This document shows, one piece after another, positions 27,561-36,668 of a stretch of DNA of 64,000 bases. Where the stretch lies: the IMG/VR virus record IMGVR_UViG_3300019459_001231, positions 3,626 to 67,625 of that record; one strand, given 5' to 3'. The notes beneath the pieces were generated by a model. That model did not search any database, had not been told where the DNA came from, and was given only the letters and a program-made list of their open reading frames with translations. Position 1 is the first letter of the stretch, and each line of letters opens with the position of its first letter. The translations under genes were made by a program, and so were the position numbers. The DNA comes from a virus (lineage: Duplodnaviria > Caudoviricetes).

Positions 27561-27621
27561 CGCTGACTCCTCTGTTTGTCTATATGTATAATATAGTATA
27601 TTTATTGACAGATGTCAAGTC

Positions 27622-28395
27622 TTAGAAGTTAAAACTTGCTACAATACTTGGTGAAAATTCTTCAGCATCAAGATCGTAGTTTGCTTTTGGTTCAATAGTC
27701 ATGCCATTGAAATCCATTTCATAACCTGCACCAATGTTACGTGCTAGTTCATCTTCGTCACCATTGATATATGCTGTGATACCCCTAGGTCCAGTGGCAT
27801 CAATTTCAAATGCTAACTTTTCAGTTGATTCTGCATATGTCACTACACCGCCAAACCTATCTACATCAACACGTGATCCAAATGTCCAGCTTTCTGCATC
27901 TAAGTCGTAGTCAAGTGCGATTGTGCCACTAAGTGCATCTTCGCCCCAGTGCATTGCACCAGCAATTGCTTCAATGTCACTTACGTCATTTTTATAGTCG
28001 CCAAACTCAGCTGCAACTGCAACTGATCCTAAGTCTACAATTACACTTTCGTCCATTTTTGGATTTGCAATTGTATGTTCACCTTCTGCACCAACCCAAA
28101 TATCACCTTGTTTACCAAGTGATACAGTTGCTTCTGTGCCGATTGTTGTACCTAGTTGCCATTCGTCAAGTGTAAGATCACCGCCGTCTGTTGATGCGAA
28201 GTTAAATCCGCCAAACGCTGTGCCTTCTCTTGCAATGCCTAAATCTAGTACAGTTGTTGAGCCCCAGTCTCCTGCGGCATTTTCTTTAATTGTGACTTCT
28301 ACTTCACCTGCGATAGTTGTACCTGCGATTTCAGTTTCAGCGAAAGCGCCTGTGCTTACAGTTGTAGCTAGAAGTACTGCTAGTAAACGATTCAT
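27622..28395 (-). CDS. alphaproteobacterial-type outer-membrane porin
   Basis: Signal peptide, acidic amphipathic beta-strands, C-terminal VASFNF (terminal Phe). Confidence 0.75.
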   Translation of the reverse strand: MNRLLAVLLATTVSTGAFAETEIAGTTIAGEVEVTIKENAAGDWGSTTVLDLGIAREGTAFGGFNFASTDGGDLTLDEWQLGTTIGTEATVSLGKQGDIWVGAEGEHTIANPKMDESVIVDLGSVAVAAEFGDYKNDVSDIEAIAGAMHWGEDALSGTIALDYDLDAESWTFGSRVDVDRFGGVVTYAESTEKLAFEIDATGPRGITAYINGDEDELARNIGAGYEMDFNGMTIEPKANYDLDAEEFSPSIVASFNF

Positions 28396-28516
28396 TATTA
28401 TTTTCCTTAAGGTTCTTAAAAAAACAGCTGATTATTCAGCTGTCAAACTATATTTAACACATTCTAGATAAAAATCAAGTCTCTAAAGACATAATTTATA
28501 CAGGTGTAGTAAATAT

Positions 28517-28815
28517 GCAACGATTCTGTTGCTAGGTTCGTTGCCAACCCCCACTTACCTAAATCAGGCAGCTAAAGCCATTTCTGGCGCATAATTATCA
28601 TTTGCAATTATGAATGTTGACCAATAACGCAGTCATCCGGTAAACTCCACTTCACTACAACACCTGTCGATCCTAGTTCAGCCCCATCATAAACACTCTG
28701 CGTCTGTCCTTACTTCTGGGTACCATCAGGTTCTGGTAACTACAGAGTGTTTATGGTGGAGCTGTGGGGTACTGCCCCCCAGTCCAGTATGCGTTCACGT
28801 TGCTTCAACGTTTAC
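28517..28815 (-). ncRNA. ssrA: circularly permuted two-piece tmRNA
   Basis: Minus-strand order: acceptor piece ending GGACTGGGGGGCAGTACCCCACAGCTCCACCA (CCA at 28754), intervening hairpin 28686-28753, coding piece starting GGGGCTGAA (28685). Acceptor stem GGGGCUG/CAGCUCC has G3:U70. Own TTGACA-N17-TATAAA promoter at about 28823-28851. Confidence 0.93.
28564..28605 (-). other. tmRNA tag reading frame ANDNYAPEMALAA*
   Basis: GCA AAT GAT AAT TAT GCG CCA GAA ATG GCT TTA GCT GCC TGA. Confidence 0.92.
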
Positions 28816-28860
28816 AGCTATATTTATACATGGTTTCTATAAGGTTGTCAAGTAAAAAGT

Positions 28861-29079
28861 TTACCAGCGAGTTTCCAGAGTCTTGTTCAATTCACGTTGT
28901 CCTTTGATTGCAGTAATGCAGTTCATAATTCCACGACTACGTTGAAAAGGTCTTTCATAGCTATTTTTAGTTTTCCAGGTTTTATTTTGTTCTGCTTCGT
29001 ATAAAAATTCTTTATGTAATATTTTTTCCATAAGTTGTAACTCTGCATCTGTCAGGTTAGCTAGTTTGTTTGCAATCAT
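28861..29079 (-). CDS. hypothetical protein
   Basis: Probable start MIANKLANL after GGAGG RBS. Confidence 0.6.
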   Translation of the reverse strand: MIANKLANLTDAELQLMEKILHKEFLYEAEQNKTWKTKNSYERPFQRSRGIMNCITAIKGQRELNKTLETRW

Positions 29080-29143
29080 AACGACCTCCTTGAATTGATT
29101 AAGTGTATTTACATAACTGTTACAATGTTGTACGCTAACAGGT

Positions 29144-29371
29144 CTATTTTCGAACAGTACGAAATGCACCCACAGGACTGTGCATAGCTGAAATCAATTC
29201 TTCCCACATCTGAGGACTTAGTGCAATAGCTTGAGGTGTAGTTGAATTATCCTCAAACTGTCTTATGTAAACGATATCATCAAAACTGTTGATGATTACA
29301 TCAGCATAGTTGCCACTGTCATCTAACAATGTGATAGTAATTTCGTCAAGATCCATTTCTACTGTATACAT
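29144..29371 (-). CDS. small conserved protein of Rhodobacteraceae type
   Basis: MYTVEMDLDEITITLLDD...DIVYIRQ...SPVGAF; family assignment is from memory only. Confidence 0.55.
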   Translation of the reverse strand: MYTVEMDLDEITITLLDDSGNYADVIINSFDDIVYIRQFEDNSTTPQAIALSPQMWEELISAMHSPVGAFRTVRK

Positions 29372-29916
29372 TAAAAATTCAAATAGTTTGTTGCTTTTTG
29401 CTTGGCGCTGTTTTCAATACCATGTGACCACTGTTCTTCTGCTGTTGCACTCCACATAAAATCTTTTTGATAGTCAGCACTGACCCACATACTTTTACCG
29501 CCGGTTCTACTGCCCAGTAATTCACTTTCAAGTTGACCAGGACCCCAACTAGCACATCCAATTATAATCCTGTAGTTTTGTGGAAATTTATTTTCATTGA
29601 GCATTGTAATAATTGATTTATCTCTGGTCACACACAAATTGTCATTGATTTTTAAACTCTGTGCAAGCATTATATCGCTACTGTGTAATACAAAACATTG
29701 ATTAACTTCAACAGGTCCACCGTAGTATATAGGAGCGTTTATTCCAAGCTGAATACTTTTACGCAATCTTACAGCAACTCTAGCATCTAGTTCTTTGTTT
29801 ACTATCCATCCCTTTGCTCCATCTCCGTCATGATTCTCTACATAGACAACACTTTTAAAAAAGTTACTGTCTCCCAGCATAGGTAAACTAACAAGGAATT
29901 GCTGGCTCATGTTCAT
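29371..29916 (-). CDS. YqgE/AlgH (DUF179) family protein
   Basis: FFKSVVYV, YYGGPVE, GCASWGPGQLESE. Confidence 0.85.
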   Translation of the reverse strand: MNMSQQFLVSLPMLGDSNFFKSVVYVENHDGDGAKGWIVNKELDARVAVRLRKSIQLGINAPIYYGGPVEVNQCFVLHSSDIMLAQSLKINDNLCVTRDKSIITMLNENKFPQNYRIIIGCASWGPGQLESELLGSRTGGKSMWVSADYQKDFMWSATAEEQWSHGIENSAKQKATNYLNF

Positions 29917-30125
29917 TGAGGATTTGATCCTTTGCCAAAATCAATATCAAAATCTATCATTCCGTGTTGGATATCAAATGCTAAAGCTCTTAGATCGTCA
30001 AGCATTACTTGACAAGCATGTGCATCGTATGTTCCTTGTACACGATATCTTTCTCTGTGTAGTGCTATAGCTTTCTCATGTAGCACTTTTGCTTTGTGAT
30101 AAAATTGTTCTACGCTGTGTGACAT
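29913..30125 (-). CDS. hypothetical protein
   Basis: Downstream of a TTGACA-N17-TACAAT promoter at about 30144-30172. Confidence 0.6.
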   Translation of the reverse strand: MSHSVEQFYHKAKVLHEKAIALHRERYRVQGTYDAHACQVMLDDLRALAFDIQHGMIDFDIDFGKGSNPQ

Positions 30126-30180
30126 TGTGTTCCTTTTGCAATATTGTACACGTATTTAACTCGATTGTCAATAAATACAA

Positions 30181-30645
30181 GTGGAGAGAAACATGGACGC
30201 AGAAATAATGAGTGCCTCAGGTGTAGGCTTGGAAATCACCAATTTATTAATGCCTTTTATAAGTGCATTATTGTTACTAGTAATAACATTATGGTTCAAA
30301 GACTTTGCAACTAAAATTGCCAAAGGTATGATGTTCAAAATGAATAGAGCTTTCAATGAAGGCGACAAAGTCATATTAGATGGCAGTGACAGCGTCATTG
30401 TTAAAATTGGACTTACTGAAACAGTGTTTGGAGTGTACGGCGAACAAGGATATACTTGGCGTTATGTACCCAATGAACGCATCCCAACATTAAAACTTGA
30501 AAAAGTTATTAACAAAGATCTCCACTTAGATTCAGATATGGAAAAAGCACAAAAGTTGCAGGCTATGATTGACCTTGCACAAGATTCAAAAATAAGTGCC
30601 AACAAAGAAGCTATCGAGGAGATCAAGAATGGCGTTAAAAAATAA
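30181..30645 (+). CDS. membrane protein with MscS-like beta domain
   Basis: One TM then FNEGDKVILDG...IVKIGLTETVF...VPNE. Confidence 0.55.
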   Translation: MERNMDAEIMSASGVGLEITNLLMPFISALLLLVITLWFKDFATKIAKGMMFKMNRAFNEGDKVILDGSDSVIVKIGLTETVFGVYGEQGYTWRYVPNERIPTLKLEKVINKDLHLDSDMEKAQKLQAMIDLAQDSKISANKEAIEEIKNGVKK

Positions 30646-31378
30646 GTTTAGTTATGAGAACGCACTAGAATGTGCAAATCTAAGTAACTTAGCATACCAA
30701 GAAGAAAAAACATTTAAAAAAGCTGTCTCTGCTATGGGATATAAGAACATAAGATTCTTTAATATAGATGGTGCTCAAGCATACGGTATGAGTAAAAATG
30801 ATTATGTAGTGTTGGCGTTTAGAGGTACAGAACCCACACAATTTAACGATATCAAAGCGGATCTTAATGCACTGCATGTGCGCAACGAACTAGGTGAAGG
30901 CAGAGTACACAAAGGATTTAAAAGCGAAGTAGACGAACTGTGGGATCAAATTGAAGCATGGTTAGCCAAGCGCAAGTTTACACAAGTGTACACATGTGGT
31001 CACAGTTTAGGTGGTGCTATGAGTACTATTGCTTGTAGTAGATTGCCCGAGGGAACAATATGCTATAACTATGGATCGCCACGTGTTGGTACTAGAAGTT
31101 GGGTTAAAGAGTTCAACAGCAAATTTACATGTTATAGATTTGTGAATAACAACGATATTGTGCCGCGTGTTCCGCCTAGCTTTTTGTTCTATAGACATGT
31201 AGGTGAATTACACTATATCAATACATATGGCAATATTAGAAATGCTACTGCTTGGCAAAGATTTAAAGATAGATTCAGAGGATATCGTGCGGCGTTTCGT
31301 AAACGCCAATGGTTTGATAGTATCTACGATCACAGTATGCCAGGATATGTTGAACGCATCAGTAAGCACACTGACTAG
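30629..31378 (+). CDS. class 3 lipase (alpha/beta hydrolase)
   Basis: LAFRGTE, VHKGF, GHSLGGA, YGSPRVG, NDIVPRVP, DHSM. Confidence 0.92.
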   Translation: MALKNKFSYENALECANLSNLAYQEEKTFKKAVSAMGYKNIRFFNIDGAQAYGMSKNDYVVLAFRGTEPTQFNDIKADLNALHVRNELGEGRVHKGFKSEVDELWDQIEAWLAKRKFTQVYTCGHSLGGAMSTIACSRLPEGTICYNYGSPRVGTRSWVKEFNSKFTCYRFVNNNDIVPRVPPSFLFYRHVGELHYINTYGNIRNATAWQRFKDRFRGYRAAFRKRQWFDSIYDHSMPGYVERISKHTD

Positions 31379-31590
31379 CCGCCTGGTGTAAATCCTTTGG
31401 GAGAATACCAATTTTTTTGATTGTGTATTCTTCCTAGTAACTCTTGTATTTCGTGCATTTCATCTCTAAGTTTTTTTGATGTTTCTCCAGAAGCAATTGC
31501 CAGACCACGTCTGCCAGCTTTTGCTCTTAGTGCTTGTTCGATAATTTCTATATCTCTAACCTCGAGTTCAAATTTTTTGTTTGGTTTCAT
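31375..31590 (-). CDS. small conserved protein of Rhodobacteraceae type
   Basis: FELEVRDIEIIEQAL...LLGRIHNQKNWY. Confidence 0.6.
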   Translation of the reverse strand: MKPNKKFELEVRDIEIIEQALRAKAGRRGLAIASGETSKKLRDEMHEIQELLGRIHNQKNWYSPKGFTPGG

Positions 31591-31802
31591 TTATTGTCCT
31601 TTACATTGAGATTAGAGGGACTATATTGTTCCCCATTATATCCAGGATATTGTCCATCCTCTACGCCGCTGTTACATCCAACAACGACAACCAACAAAAA
31701 GAATATGCTCCATAATGTTACTCTTTTTGTCCATACCATGAACGCTTCAAATGTGCGCTCTGCTTCTACTTGTGCGGCTGCTCTTACTTCTTCGTCTGTC
31801 AT
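31587..31802 (-). CDS. single-TM protein resembling aa3-type cytochrome c oxidase subunit IV
   Basis: AERTFEAFMVWTKRVTLWSIFFLLVVVVG compared with COX IV QEKTFAGF + TM; ATG at 31802. Confidence 0.4.
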   Translation of the reverse strand: MTDEEVRAAAQVEAERTFEAFMVWTKRVTLWSIFFLLVVVVGCNSGVEDGQYPGYNGEQYSPSNLNVKDNK

Positions 31803-31957
31803 TCTGGCGTCACCCAAGGATAACAAGGTAAGATACTTTGTTTACAGTATTTGGCATTGTCTACCATTAATACTGGTATGCCTACTATAAAGAAAGCAAT
31901 TATAGCAAATGCTTTGCCAAGATCTTTTGTAGTGCAATAGTTAGTTTTTTCACTCAT
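31799..31957 (-). CDS. 52-aa membrane peptide (below ORF-track cutoff)
   Basis: MSEKTNYCTTKDLGKAFAIIAFFIVGIPVLMVDNAKYCKQSILPCYPWVTPE; RBS present, stop overlaps next ATG. Confidence 0.65.
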   Translation of the reverse strand: MSEKTNYCTTKDLGKAFAIIAFFIVGIPVLMVDNAKYCKQSILPCYPWVTPE

Positions 31958-32050
31958 TGAAATTTCCCTTCATGCTATACTATATAGTGGACAAGAATCA
32001 AAATTCAAGCCCACTATATACTTTTTTACATGCGCTAAAACGTAGCACTT

Positions 32051-32185
32051 TTAATATGTTGGATACATCTTATGTTTGAACTCACTAATCTCATCAGCTT
32101 TTTTATAGTAGCCTCTGCTTCTTAGTTCTCTAATTGCCATACAATAACTTCTGTATTCCATTGCTTTGATAAATTTTTTAAACAT
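32051..32185 (-). CDS. small basic protein
   Basis: MFKKFIKAMEYRSYCMAIRELRSRGY...; GGAGAA RBS. Confidence 0.55.
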   Translation of the reverse strand: MFKKFIKAMEYRSYCMAIRELRSRGYYKKADEISEFKHKMYPTY

Positions 32186-32391
32186 TATCGTTTCTCCAAC
32201 ATTAAACGTTTTGCTTCTTCGTGGTAACCTTCTCTCCAAAGTGCTTCAGCGGCTCTTGCTCTGCCTGCTGATTCGCCGAATGCCCATACACCCATTGCAA
32301 ACGTTACTAGTGCTGTTTGCAATACTTTACATACTTTACATGTTAGTCCCCATGTATTATTTCTAATTGTTGCCGCAGTCATTATACCCAT
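32185..32391 (-). CDS. small protein
   Basis: GESAGRARAAEALWREGYHEEAKRLML. Confidence 0.6.
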   Translation of the reverse strand: MGIMTAATIRNNTWGLTCKVCKVLQTALVTFAMGVWAFGESAGRARAAEALWREGYHEEAKRLMLEKR

Positions 32392-32648
32392 CCTTTTAAA
32401 TTGTTGTTTGTTCTTGCTTTGATTTCTTCACTTGCATCTTGTAAGTTACCACGTGAGATGCTGTAAATATCACCGCGACATAAGCCAATATCAGATAAAT
32501 CTGCATCACTTAATTTAGATAATTCTTTGTATGTTGCTCGTTGTCTAGCACGTATCTGTGATTTTTTTCTTAATGTTTTGATAAGATCCATAAATCCTGC
32601 AATTGCGTCTTGTATCACGCCTGATGCTGTTAAAATTGCTTGTGTCAT
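32382..32648 (-). CDS. DUF1127 (YjiS-like) small RNA-binding protein
   Basis: RQRATYKELSKLSDADLSDIGLCRGDI. Confidence 0.85.
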   Translation of the reverse strand: MTQAILTASGVIQDAIAGFMDLIKTLRKKSQIRARQRATYKELSKLSDADLSDIGLCRGDIYSISRGNLQDASEEIKARTNNNLKGWV

Positions 32649-32818
32649 TAGTTGTATACTCCTGCTCTCGGACCACGTCCGTTGTGTGTTTTCATGTATT
32701 CAAAGGCGTACTGCCAATCATTGCCATATTCTGTTTTTGCGTATGTAAGCATTTCTCGTTCGAACGTTGATCTGCGCCCAAACATACTCACAAGATTACT
32801 GTATAGCATCTTTGCCAT
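32648..32818 (-). CDS. small hypothetical protein
   Basis: MAKMLYSNL...YAKTEYGNDWQYA; AGGAG RBS. Confidence 0.65.
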   Translation of the reverse strand: MAKMLYSNLVSMFGRRSTFEREMLTYAKTEYGNDWQYAFEYMKTHNGRGPRAGVYN

Positions 32819-33003
32819 TATTTTTCTCCTAATTGTTTGGATGCTTGAGGGAAGCAATACCCCGGTCTATTTCCGGCGTCACTGGTCTTTGCCGAGTGTC
32901 ACTCATTTTTGAAAAGCTGAGGTCGCTTTGTTTGTACGCATTTATTTATAATTATAGTACAGCATTTCTGACCTAAAAGCTATAGCAGATTTCAAAAAGC
33001 CGT

Positions 33004-33020
33004 TATGCAATTACTGCATA
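33004..33020. promoter_or_regulatory. perfect dyad TATGCA-N5-TGCATA (LysR-type T-N11-A box)
   Basis: Upstream of the promoter and leader of the DUF1127 cluster. Confidence 0.55.
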
Positions 33021-33095
33021 CCTATAAAAATTTATAGCATAAGTTAGAAGATATGGGGATTTTGTAATATTCTTAGCTGCGTTGAAATAGCGCAG

Positions 33096-34436
33096 TTATT
33101 TTAGTTTGAAGCCAATACGACCTTTTTGCCCAGTTGCAAAATAAGTCTTGTTAACCAATTGAGGCGCACCTTTAAAAACTGCTGGAAACTTAGTGTAGTA
33201 TTGCATACTTACTGCGTCTCCTTGTTTAACGGCTTTGGTTACCAATTGCACATATTCATTGTTGTTGAGTACTTCCAACATAGCATTTTTAAAGTTTTCA
33301 TTTGCATTTACAACAGGAATAACTGCATTCATAACGGCTGTTAGTGTGTGCCAAAATACTCTATAGTCTGGTCTTTCTTGTGTACCATTAGCAACACCTT
33401 GTTGCTGTGTCATTTGTTGTAAGCGTTCGCTTTGTAAATCGCCAATGTTTTGTGTACGCTTGTCCAAGTTTGCCATTGCTTGAATATCACTATCGTCAAT
33501 GATGTTAAACATACGTGCTACTTTAAGTGGACCATTTACACTACTTTCAGTTGCTAGTAATTCAATAATCTTTGCACCTTCTGGAAAACGTTGTTCGATC
33601 TCTGGAGTCATTTGTTTGTACACACCACTTAAACTACTAGCTGCTCCGCCGCTTGTACTGATCTTACTAGAGATTTGAATACTGCGTCCATCTTGTGTCA
33701 TAATAACACTGTCAATTAGTTCCATTGCAGTGTCTTGTGGAAACATTACTCTTGAACCAGCAAAGTTATTAAGACCAAACTGTTGCATCATCTTAGCAGT
33801 ATCGCCAGTAACACTATTGGGTTTACTCATAAGTGCAATCGGACCTAGATACTCGCCGCCGTATTTTTGTAGTACATTATAATATTTGTCGCCGCCTGGA
33901 ATAGGTTGATTTGTTCCAGCTAGTGCTTGATCAACTGCCATTTCCATAACTTCGCCCAGCTCTCCCAAGTCTTTTGAACCTGTTTTAATTTGCTGTGCTA
34001 GTTCAGTTGCACTACGATAGTTTTCATCGGGTACCAAGTCACTTGGTTTGATTGGGATACTTTCTTGTTCAGCACCTTTACTAAACTTATAACCATTAAG
34101 TGTTTTCCACATAGTGTGTACACCTTGAGGTGGAATAGCTCTGATGTATCTTACATGTGTTTGACCTTTGCCATCTTTATCACTTACTGTAGCAAGTATA
34201 GCAGCTTTGGTTCCACTATTGGGTTTGTTATCATCTATGCGTGTATTTGTGTCTGGAATAGCACTGTCTACAGCCTGCATCATTTGATCCATATCTTCAT
34301 ATGAGTCACCTTCAGCAGGTAGTACTGTAATATCCTGTATGGTAAGAATGTCGCTAGGATCAGTATCGCTAACGTATGTTTCTCCAGGCGCCCTTGCAGT
34401 TACACCTCTAGATTCTAATAGTTCAAATGCTCTCAT
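33096..34436 (-). CDS. putative head-packaged protein, possible PD-(D/E)xK fold
   Basis: Late promoter; N-terminal MRAFELLE leader; LIDS...IQISSK motif. Confidence 0.6.
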   Translation of the reverse strand: MRAFELLESRGVTARAPGETYVSDTDPSDILTIQDITVLPAEGDSYEDMDQMMQAVDSAIPDTNTRIDDNKPNSGTKAAILATVSDKDGKGQTHVRYIRAIPPQGVHTMWKTLNGYKFSKGAEQESIPIKPSDLVPDENYRSATELAQQIKTGSKDLGELGEVMEMAVDQALAGTNQPIPGGDKYYNVLQKYGGEYLGPIALMSKPNSVTGDTAKMMQQFGLNNFAGSRVMFPQDTAMELIDSVIMTQDGRSIQISSKISTSGGAASSLSGVYKQMTPEIEQRFPEGAKIIELLATESSVNGPLKVARMFNIIDDSDIQAMANLDKRTQNIGDLQSERLQQMTQQQGVANGTQERPDYRVFWHTLTAVMNAVIPVVNANENFKNAMLEVLNNNEYVQLVTKAVKQGDAVSMQYYTKFPAVFKGAPQLVNKTYFATGQKGRIGFKLK

Positions 34437-34447
34437 ACAACTATTTA

Positions 34448-35605
34448 TTAATTTCCAGTCGTTGTACTTTCGTATGTTCGATTGAATTGATTGTGTACTC
34501 TAACAAAAGTTGTACACTTGTTGAGTTGCTTGAGTTTGTTTGCACCAACGTATGTAAGTGTACTGCGCACACCTCCCAGAACATCTTGTAGTGTTACTAC
34601 AACTGGACCACGATATGGTACTAGCACTGTGCGTCCTTCACTGCTACGATAATCTTTTAAACCTTCAAAGTGTTTGTCGTTAGCAGTCTTACTGCTCATA
34701 CCGTAGAACTGTACAAACTTTTTAGTTTCTATAACTTTCTCAAATCTGCCTAGTGTGCCTTGGCTCATTTCATAGTTACGTTCATTTGTTTCGTAATATT
34801 TTGTAATTACTTCACCACCGCCTTCATCGTGCCCAGCAAGCATGCCGCCAAGCATAACAAAATCTGCTCCGCCAGCAAAGGCTTTAGCGACATCTCCAGG
34901 GCAAGTACACCCACCGTCAGCAATAATGTGACCCCCAAGTCCATGTGCTGCATCAGCGCACTCGATGACCGCCGATAACTGCGGGTATCCAACACCAGTT
35001 TGTATGCGAGTAGTGCAAACAGACCCGGGACCAATGCCCACTTTAACAATATCAGCTCCATTTAGTATTAACTCCTGTGTTTGATCTGCGGTAACAACAT
35101 TACCTGCAATGATTACAATGTTAGGATACAGCATTCTAAATTCAGCTACATATTCTATAAAACGTTGACTGTATCCATTTGCTACATCGATGCACACATA
35201 CTTGAGCTTTTCACCAACTTGTTCATAAACTGATCTAAACTTAGTTTGGTCTTCGTCTTTGATGCCAATACTCATAGCAACATTATCTCTGCGGAATGTT
35301 TCTTCGCAGTCGAAGTAGCTAACTAATTCGTTTACACTGTATGTTTTTACTAAACAAGTGAACACTTTAAATTCAGCTAGTCTATCAGCCATTTCAAATG
35401 TGCCAACACCGTCCATGTTACTTGCCATAATAGGAATACCTTCATAATGATATTCATCAGACTCAGGCTGTGCTATATCACGATCATAGTTTGCAAATTG
35501 AAACTTGCGTTCCATTCGTACTTCTTTGCGTGAGCCCAAGGTGCTACGCTTTGGACGAATCAGCACATCACTGTAGTCCAACTTAACTTCATCTTCAATT
35601 CTCAT
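34448..35605 (-). CDS. guaC: GMP reductase
   Basis: [63 protein letters not shown]. Confidence 0.95.
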   Translation of the reverse strand: MRIEDEVKLDYSDVLIRPKRSTLGSRKEVRMERKFQFANYDRDIAQPESDEYHYEGIPIMASNMDGVGTFEMADRLAEFKVFTCLVKTYSVNELVSYFDCEETFRRDNVAMSIGIKDEDQTKFRSVYEQVGEKLKYVCIDVANGYSQRFIEYVAEFRMLYPNIVIIAGNVVTADQTQELILNGADIVKVGIGPGSVCTTRIQTGVGYPQLSAVIECADAAHGLGGHIIADGGCTCPGDVAKAFAGGADFVMLGGMLAGHDEGGGEVITKYYETNERNYEMSQGTLGRFEKVIETKKFVQFYGMSSKTANDKHFEGLKDYRSSEGRTVLVPYRGPVVVTLQDVLGGVRSTLTYVGANKLKQLNKCTTFVRVHNQFNRTYESTTTGN

Positions 35606-35614
35606 GATTTACCT

Positions 35615-35914
35615 CTATAGTTCTTCAATGTCAAGTGTTAGTGGATAACCTGCTTGTCTACTAACCAAAATGCTTTCATGTACTTTTTGTTCTGCTACTT
35701 CATAATAATACACACCAGCTACACCCTTGCCTTCGTTGTGTATAGCCATTGTGATGCCTTCTGCACTTTGTTGTGTGTGCATGAATATATTTTTAAGTAG
35801 CTCTATTACAAATTCCATTGGTGTTGTATCATCATTGTAAACTATAACTTGATACTGTTTGGGTTTTGCAATGTCTAACTCGTTTGTGGTTTTATCTTCG
35901 AGTTGTGTATCCAT
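35615..35914 (-). CDS. clpS: ATP-dependent Clp protease adaptor
   Basis: YQVIVYNDDTTPMEFV, IHNEGKGVAG, YPL; probable ATG at 35914. Confidence 0.92.
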   Translation of the reverse strand: MDTQLEDKTTNELDIAKPKQYQVIVYNDDTTPMEFVIELLKNIFMHTQQSAEGITMAIHNEGKGVAGVYYYEVAEQKVHESILVSRQAGYPLTLDIEEL

Positions 35915-35962
35915 ATCAATATTTACCGTAAATCGTGGGAGGATTTCTCCCCCCACTTTATT

Positions 35963-36397
35963 TTACTTAATTTTAATTGTACGTGGTTTCTTTTCTTCAG
36001 GAACAATACGCTCTAGTTCAACATAAAGCATACCATTTTCCATTCTTGATCCATTTACAACAATGTCATCACTCAGTGTAAAATTACGCTTGAACTTACG
36101 CTGACTGATGCCTTTGTGAATCCATTGCCAACCTTCTGGCTCTACTTCGCCTTCTGGATTGTGTTCAATTGTAAGCACACCTTCTGCTACAGTAATTTCC
36201 AAATCTTCTTTGGCAATGCCTGCTAGTGCGATTTCAATTTGAAACTTGTCTCCATCTCTTACTATATTGTAAGGTGGATACCCTGTGCTATTGGCATTGT
36301 GTTGTACATACTTGAACATGTCGTCAAATACTCTGTCAAAGCCTACAGCATAAGGAGTGAGTTTGTTAATATCTAAAGTTGTCAATCTATTCATCAT
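35963..36397 (-). CDS. small heat-shock protein Hsp20 (IbpA-like)
   Basis: GYPPYNI, EIALAG, HKGISQRKF, MENGML; AAGGAG RBS before 36397. Confidence 0.95.
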   Translation of the reverse strand: MMNRLTTLDINKLTPYAVGFDRVFDDMFKYVQHNANSTGYPPYNIVRDGDKFQIEIALAGIAKEDLEITVAEGVLTIEHNPEGEVEPEGWQWIHKGISQRKFKRNFTLSDDIVVNGSRMENGMLYVELERIVPEEKKPRTIKIK

Positions 36398-36405
36398 CAC
36401 TCTCC

Positions 36406-36603
36406 TTATACTTTCAATGCCGCTGTGTAAGCAGAGGTCATTGTTTCTGTTGCATCGGCCCAAGTTTTAGCAAACGCTGTGTTTGCATCAGCCATAGCTC
36501 GTACAGGTTTTGTGTACTGCTCGCTTGGATCAATTGTGTTTAGGAAAGTTTTTGTTTGTGTGTGGATTTGGTCCACAAGTCCATTAATATAATTTGCTTG
36601 CAT
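36406..36603 (-). CDS. small helical protein (phasin-like)
   Basis: AAGGAG RBS; late promoter at about 36661-36667; Ala/Thr-rich amphipathic helix. Confidence 0.55.
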   Translation of the reverse strand: MQANYINGLVDQIHTQTKTFLNTIDPSEQYTKPVRAMADANTAFAKTWADATETMTSAYTAALKV

Positions 36604-36668
36604 AGTAATCTCCTTTTAAAGCAAGATTGATTTAGTAGACCCTATTGGCATCTACATGTTTATTTATC

